From NCBI GenBank assembly GCA_002269645.1, contig NIVC01000319.1, positions 496,001 through 560,000 of the forward strand: 64,000 nt of DNA. The letters are read 5' to 3'. The notes under the pieces were generated by a model. It had not been told where the DNA came from, did not search any database, and saw nothing but the letters and a program-made list of their open reading frames with translations. The translations under genes and the position numbers were made by a program. This DNA is from Macrostomum lignano (Eukaryota). Positions 12,001 to 24,300 of this stretch are shown one piece after another. The first letter of the stretch is position 1. Every line of letters begins with the position of its first letter.

Positions 12001-15000
12001 GTGGGTCAGCACGCATTCCCATTGAACACTGTGGGTCAGCACGCATTCCCATTGAACACTGTGGGTCAGCACGCATTCCCATTGAACACTGTGGGTCAGC
12101 ACGCATTCCCATTGAACACTGTGGGTCAGCACGCATTCCCATTGAACACTGTGGGTCAGCACGCATTCCCATTGAACTATAGGCAGAGAACAGACTCAAG
12201 AATGACATCAGCTAGCAAAGGGCTGATGTGCTCTATAAATATTCTTATTTGATCTTAGCGCTACAGAGAGACTCCAGTCAAAAGGGTATTGACTTTCCCA
12301 GCTTCAAGGTAACTCTGCAGCTCTGCCGCGCTACCTTGCTTTTGGAGTCTCTTTGACGCAAACAGCTTCTCCATTTTCCTCGTCGAAGGCGTGGCGTGGC
12401 TCTCTGCTCAAATCGATGAAGCCTTCTCTGACTCCATCAGCGATCAGCGATGGGCGGAACCACCCGGAAGCTGAGCTCCAAGTGCTCCGATAACGACTCT
12501 GGGGGAAGATGCCGCTGCTCGCCCACACCCAGCCTCCGCAGCCTCTGTTTTACAATTCTCCATCATCTACCCAGATTCCTGCCCAGTCAAGGACCCGCGG
12601 CCCTTGTCAGCACTGATTGGGGAGGGGGGATGAGGCTGCCAGACTCCTCCCAGATCGAGTCCGGGCAATTTTAGAGGCGAAAACTCGTGGCGGCTTTAAC
12701 GAAATTTGAGTTGCGGCCCGACTTATTCATTCTCCCGCCTCTAATGATTTGAGACGAGCCAGCCCAGTTGATGAAGCTGCTGCTGAGAGGCTGGGGGAGG
12801 CTGCGCAGAGCTGATGGGGCAGCTCTAGCAAGGCCGCACTTGGCACACTGAGGAGCAATGATTGACACATTCGCTGATGATCCGTGAAATGTGGATCCGG
12901 GAGTTGTGAAGTCCTCAACTGTTGCAATGAGTTTGGCGTATCATTTGGAATGGCTTTGGACAGTGGCCAGCCCATTAGAGAGGTGTGCGCACGAGAATGA
13001 GGGGGGGGGGCTGCACGCTTGACAGGCGTGAGATTGGAGGGTGGGAAGTCAGGAAATGCAACCGGGATGATGACAAAACGATGCTGGGATAGAGGATAAA
13101 TTGGGAAAAGAGGAGAAGAAGAGGAGAGAGGAGATCGGAGACTAGATACAGTAAAGGAGAGAGGAGAGAGATGCGAGATATAGGAGAGGGAAGATGGGAG
13201 ATAGGAGAGAGGAGAGGTGAGGGAGGAGAGGGGAGAGAGGATGGAAAGAAAGGAGAAGGAGAGAGTGGAAAGAAGAGAGGGGAGAGAGTGGGGAGAGAGA
13301 AGGGAGAGAGGAGAAGGGAGAGAGGAGAAGGGAGAGAGGAGAAGGGAGAGAGGAGAAGGAAGAGAGGAGAAGGGAGAGAGGAGAAGGAAGAGAGGAGAAG
13401 GGAGAGAGGAGAAGGGAGAGAGGAGAAGGAAGAGAGGAGAAGGGAGAGAGGAGAAGGGAGAGAGGAGAAGGGAGAGAGGAGAAGGGAGAGGGGAGAAGGG
13501 AGAGTGGAGAGGAGGGACTAGAGAATCTAATGCAGCTGTGAGTTAAAATGACGCGCACGCGCTGCACGAGTTTGCCGGGCCCAAAGCTGCCCCATTCCGG
13601 AGTCCTGCATGGTCGGCCCTCCCGGATCCGCAGATTTCCCTGTCGGTCCGCAACACGGGCCACGACATCGAGATCCGGCTGGGGTCGGAGCGGCTGGTGC
13701 TGTCGCAGGGCCCGCTCTCCTACTCCTACACCATCTTCGGCGCGTTGATCAAGTTTGGTTCCAGATCGGACCGCGGCTCCGACCACTGGATTGACTCCAG
13801 GGCCTTTCCCGGCGAGGTGGGACAGACATTTCTGCTGCTGACTCATTTCTGCTCCTGACTCATTTCTGCTTCTGACTCATTTCTGCTCCTGACTCATTTC
13901 TACTTCTGACTCATTTCTGCTCCTGACTCATTTCTGCTTCTGAATAATTTCTGCTCCTGACTCATTTCTACTTCTGAATAATTTCTGCTCATGACTCATT
14001 TCTGCTTCTGAATAATTTCTGCTCCTGACTCATTTCTGCTCCTGACTCATTTCTGCTCCTAACTCATTTCTGCTTCTGACTCATTTCTGCTTCTGAATAA
14101 TTTCTGCTTCTGACTCATTTCTGCTTCTGAATAATTTCTGCTTCTGACTCATTTCTGCTTCTGAATAATTTCTGCTCCTGACTCATTTCTGCTTCTGACT
14201 CATTTCTGCTCCTGACTCATTTCTGCTTCTGACTCATTTCTGCTTCTGAATAATTTCTGCTTCTGACTCATTTCTGCTTCTGAATAATTTCTGCTCCTGA
14301 CTCATTTCTGCTCCTGACTCATTTCTGCTCCTGACTCATTTCTGCTCCTAACTCATTTCTGCTTCTGACTCATTTCTGCTTCTGAATAATTTCTGCTCCT
14401 GACTCATTTCTGCTCCTGACTCATTTCTGCTCCTGACCTTATCTGTTAAAAATCTAGCTGACCCACACTTTGACCCACCGCAGCTCCAGTTCTACGGCTA
14501 CAACTCGGACCTGTATGAGAACTACACGATGGCGCTGAACTCGGCGCACGGAATCGTCGCTCTGTCAGCCTTCATGCAGGTGAGTCAGTTGCTGAGCCTG
14601 TACTGCCGCGGCCTCCAGATTCCCGGCTCTTTGCGCTATAACTCGTTTTCCAACTCTCCCACACAGTTCGGTGACGTCACCACCGTGGACATGACGGCCA
14701 TCCTGACGGCTACCAAGCGAACTGTGCTCAAGGGTGAGCGATCATTCGCTGATCATTTTAATAACCCCCTCTGACCAACCACTCTCATGACCCTCTGACC
14801 GGCCACTCTTATGACCCTCTGACCGGCCACTCTTATGACCCTCTGACCGGCCACTCTTATGACCCTCTGACCGGCCACTCTTATGACCCTCTGACCGGCC
14901 ACTCTTATGACCCTCTGACCGGCCACTCTTATGACCCTCTGACCGGCCACTCTCATGACCCTCTGACCGGCCACTCTTATGACCCTCTGACCGGCCACTC

Positions 15001-17023
15001 TTATGACCCTCTGACCGGCCACTCTCATGACCCTCTGACCAACCACTCTCATGACCCTCTGACCGGCCACTCTTATGACCCTCTGACCGGCCACTCTTAT
15101 GACCCTCTGACCGGCCACTCTTATGACCCTCTGACCGGCCACTCTTATGACCCTCTGACCGGCCACTCTTATGACCCTCTGACCGGCCACTCTCATGACC
15201 CTCTGACCGGCCAATCTTATGACCCTCTGACCGGCCACTCTTATGACCCTCTGACCGGCCACTCTCATGACCCTCTGACCGGCCACTCTTATGACCCTCT
15301 CACCGGCCACTCTCATGACCCTCTGACCGGCCACTCTTATGACCATTCTCAAGCCTCCCCGATGACCACTCTCAAGCCTCCCCGGTGACCATTCTCAAGC
15401 CTCCCTGGTGATCATTCTCAGGCCTCCCCGGTGACCATTCTCAAGCCTCCCTGGTGATCATTCTCAAGCCTCCCCGGTGATCATTCTCAGACCTCCCCGG
15501 TGACCATTCTCAAGCCTCCTCTCCTGGTCATTGGAAAATGTCGTCGCCAAGAATTCCCAGCCCCTCTTCACCTCCGCTCTTTGCAGACCAGCGCACGGAA
15601 ATCCACGGCATCAAAGTCCGCAGTCTGCTGCCTGAGACCTCCGAGTACATCACCTACGAGGGCTCGCTGCCCTTCCCTGGCTGTCACGAGTCCGTCACGT
15701 GGATCATCCTCAACCTGCCTGTCACAGTGCGTACGGAAGAGGTACGCAGCTGGGGCCACGGGGCTTGGGCAAGTTTTTCCAGGCGGAGGTGGGCGAGTTG
15801 GGACATTCCACCGATCGAGCCCGGCTGAAGCCCTTCGGTTCGAAAATCCCAGCTGGTTGTCTGGGGTTTGGAGAGATGCCGCAGCTCCGCAGCTGGTTGG
15901 AACACCTGGCCAGTCACCTGGCATCCCCCAAACTTTTCAATTGGCAAATTTCGATTGCCTTGGCCAGGAGAAGCGTGGCGTGATGTCGGGTCGAGGCGCC
16001 CCTCCTTGCCGCGCGTGTTTCCTGACTGCATTCTTCAAGTTTTCTTTGCCGAGGGATGCTGCCGCAGGAGAAATGGTTCGAGACTCCCGTTTTCTAAGAA
16101 CTACGAGTAAAAAAGTACATTTGCGCGAGATTGTCATAATAAAGCAGTGACAGTTTAATCAGGATCAGGTGGAGCAAGTCGGGCAATCTACTTTGAGTAG
16201 TCTGAATCGCGCCGACGATTTGCACCCTGCTCAGGTATGTGAGCACTGGTGAAGCCACCCATATATTCCCCAACCCTGTCCCGCAGCTGAGCATCCTGCG
16301 CTCCCTGCGCATCTCCAGCGTGCAGACCTCGGCTTACATGGCCGACAATTTCCGGCCAACCCAACTGCTGCACCAGAGAACAGTCAGGACCAACATCCGG
16401 CTGAGGAACCGGCTCAAGGATGAGGTGAAGCCTATCCGCCAGAGATTGAGGAACAATAACTGTCCATTAGTGCTTATGCAGGTCTCAAGTGAGACTGAAG
16501 TAGAACTTGAGTAAAGCACTTCAGTGGGACTCAAGTAGGACTCGAGTAAGGCACTCCAATTAAGACTCAAGGATGACTCAAATAAAACACTCCAATTAGA
16601 CTCAAGCCAGACTCAAGTAAAACACTCCCAGTTAGACTCAAGTAGAACTCGAATAAGACACTCCAATTAGACTCAAGTATGACTCAAGTAGAACTCGAAT
16701 AAGACACTCCAATTAGACTCAAGTATGACTCAAGTAAAACACTCCTAGTTAGACTCAAGTAGAACTCGAATAAGACACTCCAGACAGACTCCAATCAGGC
16801 TGAAGTGAGACTCAAATTCTGCAATGAATTCAAAGTTCCAGTGTCATCACATCACTAATTTCGAATTTCCAGGTTGACACTTGCCGTTTCGTCACTCAAC
16901 ACTACTTTCTGGGTGAGTAGTATGAGGGGGTTTTAACTTTGATTTACTGACAAATGAATTCTGCTTGTGTACAATAAATTAGATCTAATGATTCCGATTG
17001 CAGCCCAGGTGCCAAAGTCTTGA
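9020..17023 (+). CDS. Secreted acatalytic carbonic anhydrase-related protein (CA10/CA11-like), 339 aa; exons 9020-9107, 9179-9256, 11539-11693, 13634-13816, 14484-14579, 14667-14733, 15587-15741, 16287-16424, 16873-16912, 17004-17023
   Basis: Motifs WWHY, GPEQWG, QSPINI, NTGH, GSDH, GELQFYGYN, YEGSLPFPGCHESVTWI and DNFRPTQ. All junctions are GT-AG and sum to 1020 nt in frame; hydrophobic N-terminus. Confidence 0.92.
9260..9740. repeat. 42-bp intronic minisatellite (CAGTCTTGCCCTATTAGGCAATTAGACTATTTCAACTGATAR)n
   Basis: About 11 units beginning within the donor GTGAGTCTTGCCC. Confidence 0.95.
10598..11530. repeat. Two related 14-bp arrays, (CTAGTCACTCCGTT)n and (CTAGTCACCCTACT)n
   Basis: Tandem units at 10598-11080 and 11275-11530; the second ends at the acceptor at 11538. 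Confidence 0.95.
11742..12178. repeat. 30-bp minisatellite (CCCATTGAACACTGTGGGTCAGCACGCATT)n
   Basis: About 14 units, intronic. Confidence 0.95.
13095..13520. repeat. Purine-rich (GA) low-complexity tract
   Basis: GGAGAAGGGAGAGAGGAGAA-type units. Confidence 0.9.
13830..14440. repeat. 17-bp minisatellite (CTCATTTCTGCTYCTGA)n
   Basis: Fills almost the whole intron 13817-14483. Confidence 0.95.
14765..15525. repeat. 24-bp array (CTCTTATGACCCTCTGACCGGCCA)n followed by a ~23-bp derivative array
   Basis: Tandem units inside intron 14734-15586. Confidence 0.95.
16510..16790. repeat. Degenerate minisatellite (AGACTCAAGTAGAACTCGAATAAGACACTCCAATT)
   Basis: Several imperfect units inside an intron. 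Confidence 0.8.
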
Positions 17024-17609
17024 AAGCGTCCGCTCTCAAGAAGTTCGCAGCTTGAAGAAAATCTGCTCCGGGCTGTCAGACCTTCATCAACTGACTAAAA
17101 CTTTCCTAGAATACTAGCTAAAGTTTGTCTCTGCAACATCCTATGCGCACAAATACACTGCAGTAGCAATGCATCTCATCAGGTCACCTGGCTCGAAGCA
17201 ATCTGAGCAAATGAAAACAGAATTCACCTTTTGTTGTAAATGCTTTAATAAAGAACTCAAAAAACGGGATGATCAGGTTTACTCAAAGAGTAAACTGGTT
17301 CACCGGATGCCTTTGCATCATCAGAATAAAAGTTCAAGCAAACTCAAGTGTATCACAGTAAAGATCTAGCAAAGTTCTCAAAGATTTTTTACGGAGCTCA
17401 GTAGAATTTGTGTAAAATTTGGCAGGTGTGGTGCATTGCTAAAAATTGCAAAAGGTTTTTTAAGAAAGGACACTGAGTAAAAAAAGCTACAAGTTACTGA
17501 ATAAAAATAGTGCACTATTTTGGCCTTCGATTTTAAACAAAGTCACATTCAAGACCATTTCAACTGTAAAACTTTGGACACGAGTCTGTTCTGAAAGACC
17601 TCACTTAGG

Positions 17610-19153
17610 TCAGGTGACGAAGGCCTTGACTGTCGCGAGGATGCCGGTGCCGCACGTCGGGCAGCGGCTGCGGTCGGCGATGCAGGCGGAGCAGGTGCGG
17701 AAGTGGGTGCAGGGCAGCAGCACCCGGTCTCTGCAGCGCCGCGAGCACAGCACGCACCGATCGCTTGCAGGATCGACCCCGTTGACCTCGCCGTTCGAGC
17801 TCGGAGGTGCTCCTGGGGTCGACCTGACGGTGGCGACTTGCTGGACGGTCGCCGGAGCAGCTGCTGGAGCGGCGGGAGCGGCGGCTGTCGCTGTTGCTGC
17901 CGAGGCTCCAGCCGGCGCCACCTCCGAAGGCGTCACGAGCCGCAGCAGACTGTCGACGCTGAAGTGGCCGATGACGCGGGCGGAGGCGCCGAACCGGGAC
18001 TCGCAGTCGTGCAGACAGTCGATGAAGCCGCCCGGCTTGTCGGGAAGCTGGCCGCCGTTGAGCATGAAGTGTCTCGTGGCCGCGAAGACGAGGCTGCCGC
18101 GGCTGAACCCGAACGACTCCGCGCTGGCGATGACGCGGCCGAGGCGGTCGAGCTCGCGGGAGAGCCGCTGCAGCGCCCGCCGGCTCCGGTCGGAGCTCGC
18201 CGACACCAGGCGAGTCGCATCCGCGCCGCCGACGGCTCCCAACGCGACGTCAAGCCGGCCGACGCTGCAGTCGGGACTCGCCGCCGCGTGAGCCGCCTCG
18301 GGCGACGCCGCGTCCGCGGGGACCTCCGCGCTGCAGTGGAAGCAGCGGAGGCCGCCGCCGCCGTCCGCCGAGAGGCCGGCCGCTGCTGCCGCCTCCGCAG
18401 CCTCGGGTCGCCTTCCAGCTCGGAGGTTCTGCGCGAGGCGCAGGTCGAACAGAGTCTCGGCGGGCCGTCGCGATGCCGTCACGATCAGCAGGAGGGCGCC
18501 TGAAATTCAAGATGAAATGCAAGCAATAAGCAATAAAAAATCGGGTGATTGAATTTTATGGTCGGAGCGTGCAGCGTTGCCATGGTTCTGACAAAGCTTG
18601 TCATTGTTGTTGCCAGACACACCCGCTAATCATGTAATGAGCCAAGTCCCATGCAGGCCTAGTTATTTTTGCACTGCAAAATGCATCATTTAAATACGAG
18701 CGTACTCTCCTTGGTGGTTATTTTTTCGAGTTCTAAAAACTGAAAATGAAACTACGAGCGTACGAGCTTGCAAAACGGTGCAGAGTTTCAGATTTCTTAT
18801 GCAGTGGACAATCATTTTTCAAAGAAGTGCAACTGAAATTTTTTAATTGCGTTCACTGCGTTTTTAGCGACTACGCTCGTAATATCGGTCTGTAGCTTGA
18901 AAAAGTGCAGCGCGGCAGCTGAGAAACTGCATGTTAAAGAAGAATTATGCAGAGACAAAAAGTCAGATTAGGGCAACACACACACAGTCACAACAATGAG
19001 TGACAGTTCTCAGTTACCAATTACGTAAACGAGAGCTCCTGCAGCGCTCTGACTCGCCTGTTGAAGCTGCAGAATGCCGTCAGCCAGTCGATGAGACCTC
19101 GCATCGCCGAATACCGGCTGGAGCTGGTCCGATATGGCGGCCGCTGTCGACAT
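17610..19153 (-). CDS. IAP-like protein (degenerate BIR plus C-terminal RING); main exon 18499-17610, proposed first exon 19153-19018 (341 aa)
   Basis: BIR ligands CFHC-x14-H-x6-C; RING CVLC...LLPCTHFRTCSAC...CPTC ending VKAFVT. Acceptor TTTCAG at 18500; phase-1 donor G|GTAACT at 19017. Exon 1 is less certain than the main exon. Confidence 0.8.
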
Positions 19154-19477
19154 GGACTGGGAGAGCTCTGAAAATAGGCGTGTGCCGCGTTGGGTGAATA
19201 TCTAATGCTAGCTGAGCTATAAATAGTCGTAAAATAAATGTACACACGTGGGCGTGCTAGACTGTACAGAATTGTTCAAAAGTAAAGTGGGTGGAAGAAC
19301 ATTGCTATAAAAAGCAGTATACTTAAAGACAGCTGAGGGCAGTATTTGCACACATGTACTCGCATGTTCATTAGAATGACACGGAAATTAGAATACTGAA
19401 TGACAGATGTTGTTGTCATTGACTCAGCACGTTGACTCAGTCTATTATTTTTCAAACCCTTTATTACTGTTTATTGC

Positions 19478-19750
19478 ATTCCTCAGTCGTTCAGTGCGCA
19501 TTAGTGGGCGTATTCCTCAGTCGTTCAGTGCGCATTAGTGGGCGTATTCCTCAGTCGTTCAGTGCGCATTAGTGGGCGTATTCCTCAGTCGTTCAGTGCG
19601 CATTAGTGGGCGCATTCCTCAGTCGTTCAGTGCGCATTAGTGGGCGTATTCCTCAGTCGTTCAGTGCGTATTAGTGGGCGCATTCCTCAGTCGTTCAGTG
19701 CGCATTAGTGGGCGCATTCCTCAGTCGTTCAGTGCGCATTAGTGGGCGTA
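19478..19750. repeat. 34-bp minisatellite (ATTCCTCAGTCGTTCAGTGCGCATTAGTGGGCGT)n
   Basis: About 8 units. Confidence 0.95.
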
Positions 19751-21393
19751 CGGAAATTACCATAGTTGTCAGTTCACCTATACTAAACCTCACTTCTTAC
19801 ATATATACTCAGCAACATTGAAAGTCGCTACTCCATGCGCCAGTGAGCAGTTTCTCTCGGACTATTTTGAAATAAAAGATACGAGAAAACTGAGAGGGTT
19901 AGCTTAAATCCGTAAAAACCTCGCACACCGCTCCCCCACTGTAATCCTCCAGACCTCAACCCGTCTGCCACGTGGCGTAGCTTAAGTTGCGTCCCTCGCA
20001 AGATTGAGAGACTTTACCTGCATTCTCAAAAGTGGCGACCACAGACGGAATCTTGCGTGATAGGGACTTTTCGATATTGCTGAGCATGGTAAAAAGCTCG
20101 CTTTTAAGCCAACCAGTTGACTAGAAAATTTTTAAAGTTTGCATCATGTTTGATAATATGATATTATCTCAAATATAATATTATAATATAGTATAATATA
20201 ATATAATATTATTATATCAAATTATAATAATATAATATTATCAAACCATATCCTAGTTTTTGCCAGTAATGTGGGACATCTTTCGAGCCTTGCTTGCCTT
20301 GTTATGGCCGAAGATTTAGTGACAACTTAAATCCATTTGCTGAAATGCTGACCCAAAACAGCGATAAACTAACAAATTAGCTAATTTTAAATCGTAGTTA
20401 GTTTTCTATTGTTTGGCTGATTTAGATAGATTTTTGCTTACTTCGGCTAGGTGCGAGTATATGGACAAGTAATTCAGCCATGGAGTCAAAGCGCTCGTAT
20501 GTGCGTAGTTCACACTTACAATAGAAGTTCTGCTTCGTTCAAGCACTTTCTTAGGGATCTTGAGTAAGTTGCAGTCTTAGGTCACTCCAAACTCTGCTTC
20601 GCTTTCAAGCAGCTCGATTTTATTGGAAACTTGATCCAATTGTATGCTTATAAATAAAGGCATATGTGCAGCATTTAAGCCTGGCAACTTCGGCTTGCTA
20701 AACATTTGAATTGATGAACAACGAGCTTCAGTCTGTGAATCAGCTGCAGTCTTCAAGGTTGAGGAAGGTTGGTCTTGCCGCTTATATGCAGCCTTTACTG
20801 GTTGGTAGTCGATGCAAAGAGAGTTAGTTGCACCACAGTCTAAATATTTATGTTGCATAAATCTTCAAAATGGGATGCAATTGTCACAGGTTTTGCTTAG
20901 CGTTGAGTGACGCATGATGCAATTCAAGAAAAAATGATGAAACGCATGATTTTACGCAACTTCATTGTAAATTACATACTGGCATGTCTACTACTGGCAG
21001 TAGCCGAAAAGAACTTTATTGTCCACTGTTCTATTTTTAGGCAGAATCGTCACTATAATATCTGCTCGTCCATCCCATGCGCACTCCCGGCGCTTCCATT
21101 TTGCTCTGCTCCACAAGCTGCCCACAGCTGACTGTGCACTGCAGTCCTGACCCGAGCCCGCCTTTTGTACCTTTGCACAGGCGGGCTGACAGGATTTGGT
21201 AGAGCCGTGCAATGCACAGGGTTAGACAGGACAGGCTGAAGTACTTTCTGAGGCCGGGGTGGCTGCCGCCTGCTGCTTGACTGCCCAACAGAAGCGGATT
21301 TATCAGCGCTGCGGCCAGTTGCGAAAAGCAAAGGCTCAGATTATTTCACTAGAAGACTAGAAGTTCCTTCTTAGCGACACCTGAGCAGCAACA

Positions 21394-24300
21394 ATGCACC
21401 GCTCTCTGGCAGCCGTCCTGCTGATCTGCTTGGCTGCCGCGGCCAGCTCGTCTGCTGAGGATTTGAAATGGGTGCCCATCATGCCGAGCCGGCCGCTGCT
21501 GCCGGAGCCCGGATCACCGGATGCGGCCAAGCACTGGGTGGTGCTGGTGGCCGGCAGCAACACCTGGTCCAATTATCGGCATCAGGTGAGAGGCTGGTCG
21601 GCTTTCGAAATAACTGGGGAGGGGATACAGAAACAGAATCAAGGGTGAAGGGGCAGTGCTGACCCTGGTGCTGGCGCCCCTGGTGCTGGCGCCCCTGGTG
21701 CTGGCGCCCCTGGTGCTGGCGCCCCTGGTGCTGGCGCCCCTGGTGCTGGCGCCCCTGGTGCTGGCGCCCCTGGTGCTGGCGCCCTGGTGCTGGCGCCCCT
21801 GGTGCTGGCGCCCCTGGTGCTGGCGCCCCTGGTGCTGGCGCCCCTGGTGCTGGCGCCCCTGGTGCTGGCGCCCCTGGTGCTGGCGCCCCTGGTGCTGGCG
21901 CCCCTGGTGCTGGCGCCCCTGGTGCTGGCGCCCTGGTGCTGGCGCCCCTGGTGCTGGCGCCCCTGGTGCTGGCGCCCCTGGTGCTAGAAAAGCGTGGCCA
22001 CGCCCCTGGCTGCAATACTAATTCAAATTATCATGATTTATCTGAGCACCGTTGTTTCTCTCGAAAATGTTGCTCTGCTGTTCACAGGAACCGGAAGAGC
22101 CATGTCGTTTTTCCTATAAACAGTTCTGACTGCTAGTCGCAAGTCCAATTAGAAATAAGACGATTTTTTACTCCTTGGTGGAAATGGCATGGTTGAAATA
22201 AAATCAATAAAACCTTTATCAGAATGCAGATTTCCCCTATCCTCTCCAATGGCCACTTCCTTTTCCCCTCCCTTTCCGGCCTCCCTCTCCGAACTTCCCC
22301 TGTTCATCTCATCCCCCTTTTACCCCTATCCCTAAACTCCTTTTCAACCAACCGCAGGCTGACGTGTGTCACGCCTACCAGATCGTGAAGAAGCACGGAG
22401 TTCCTGAAAATCAGATCATCACCATGATGTATGACGACATTGCGCACAATGTTGAGTAAGTGCTCATATTTTAAACCTCCGACCAATGCACCCTAATCAA
22501 ATTAACTTTGCTGCTTTAAGACATGCACAACGAAATTTCAATCAGGAACCCACCAAGGGAATCGTGATCAACAAACCGGGCGGTTCCGATGTTTACGGAG
22601 GCGTCAAGATTGACTACAAAGGAAAGGTGAAATCTCGCGCATGTCTTCAAAAAGTCCACAATGACTGCACCTGATCTGACCGCTTAGGTGTCGACGAGTC
22701 GCCCCAAACCATCCTTGCAGAAAGTGACTCCAGAGAACTTTCTGAACGTGCTGCAGGGCAAAGGCAGCGGCAAGGTGCTGAAGAGCGGACCGGACGACAT
22801 CGTGTTCATCAACTTTGTTGATCACGGGGCCCCTGGTCTCATCGGCTTCCCGCACGGCGTGGTTTGTAACAGATCAGAGAATCGAAGCTTTACTTGTTTT
22901 TGTCGCTGTTGCATCTTGTCTCACGATCCCACAACTTTTTCAGCTGAAAGCGAAGCCGCTGATCGACGCTCTGCAGTACATGCACCAGAACAAGATGTAC
23001 AAGAAGCTCGTCTTCTACCTTGAGGCCTGCGAGTCCGGCTCCATGTTTGAAAAACTACTGCCGCCCGGCATCAGTAGTACGTGCATGCGTGTGCTTTGTT
23101 TTTTATAGATTGGGTTGACAAGGAATCTCCATGAGTCTAAAGGAGTTACGTGTGTAGGAAATCTCTTGTCGCTCAAATTGGTGCGTACCATCTAGAGGCC
23201 AGCCAATGAAGCTGCATGACTACGCTGCGAATGAGCAGAGCCGAAATACCACAGAAGAAGGTCGCTTGGACGGATCATGACGCGACTATGGAATCCCGTG
23301 AATGCGTCACAAATGAAACAAAACCAACCTTTATTAAGGCCTGTAACCGCCAACACTGAAGCAATCGCTAAGTCACTATTGCACCACACGCTTTAACATG
23401 CTCAGTTTTTGAACCAGGAGTGCGTAGCTTCTTAACAAGCTCGCTTAACATTGATCCAGGAGTGCGTTGCTTCTTAACAAGCTCGCTTAACATTGATCCA
23501 GGAGTGCGTAGCTTCTTAACAAGCTCGCTTAACATTGATCCAGGAGTGCGTAGCTTCTTAACAAGCTCGCTTAACATTGATCCAGGAGTGCGTTGCTTCT
23601 TAACAAGCTCGCTTAACATTGATCCAGGAGTGCGTTGCTTCTTAACAAGCTCGCTTAACATTGATCCAGGAGTGCGTAGCTTCTTAACAAGCTCGCTTAA
23701 CATTGATCCAGGAGTGCGTTGCTTCTTAACAAGCTCGCTTAACATTGATCCAGGAGTGCGTTGCTTCTTAACAAGCTCGCTTAACATTGATTCAGGAGTG
23801 TGTAGCTTCTTAACAAGCTCGCTTAACATTGATCCAGGAGTGTGTAGCTTCTTAACAAGCTCGCTTAACATTGATTCAGGAGTGTGTAGCTTCTTAACAA
23901 GCTCGCTTAACATTGATCCAGGAGTGCGTTGCTTCTTAACAAGCTCGCTTAACATTGATCCAGGAGTGTGTAGCTTCTTAACATGCTCAGCAATGGATCC
24001 CTTAAAAAATCTCGCTTCGCATTGATCTAGGAGTTTCTACTCCGCCAAACCATCTCTCCCATCATCCCACCGCAGTCTACGCCACCACAGCAGCCAACCC
24101 GGACGAATCCAGCTACGCCTGCTACTATGACAAGAAACGAGAAACTTACCTGGGCGACGTCTACAGCGTCAACTGGATGGAGGACACCGACGCCAACGAC
24201 ATCAATCAGGAGTCGCTGGATCAGCAGTTTGCCGTGGTGAAATCGAAGACCAACACTAGTCACGTGATGAAGTACGGGGACACGGTGAGCAACCAAATCT

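Noticed and set aside
11719-12252. Long repetitive ORFs (LTHSVQWECV etc.)
   Set aside because: They are translations of an intronic 30-bp array, open in several frames only because the unit lacks stops
12331-12528. Possible nested antisense exon in the CARP intron
   Set aside because: There is a donor-like AAG|GTAG, but no homology and no other exons to link it to
21479-22021. VLAPL / PWCWR / APGAP repeat ORFs
   Set aside because: 15-bp array in legumain intron 1; the conserved NYRHQ|ADVCH junction splices across it
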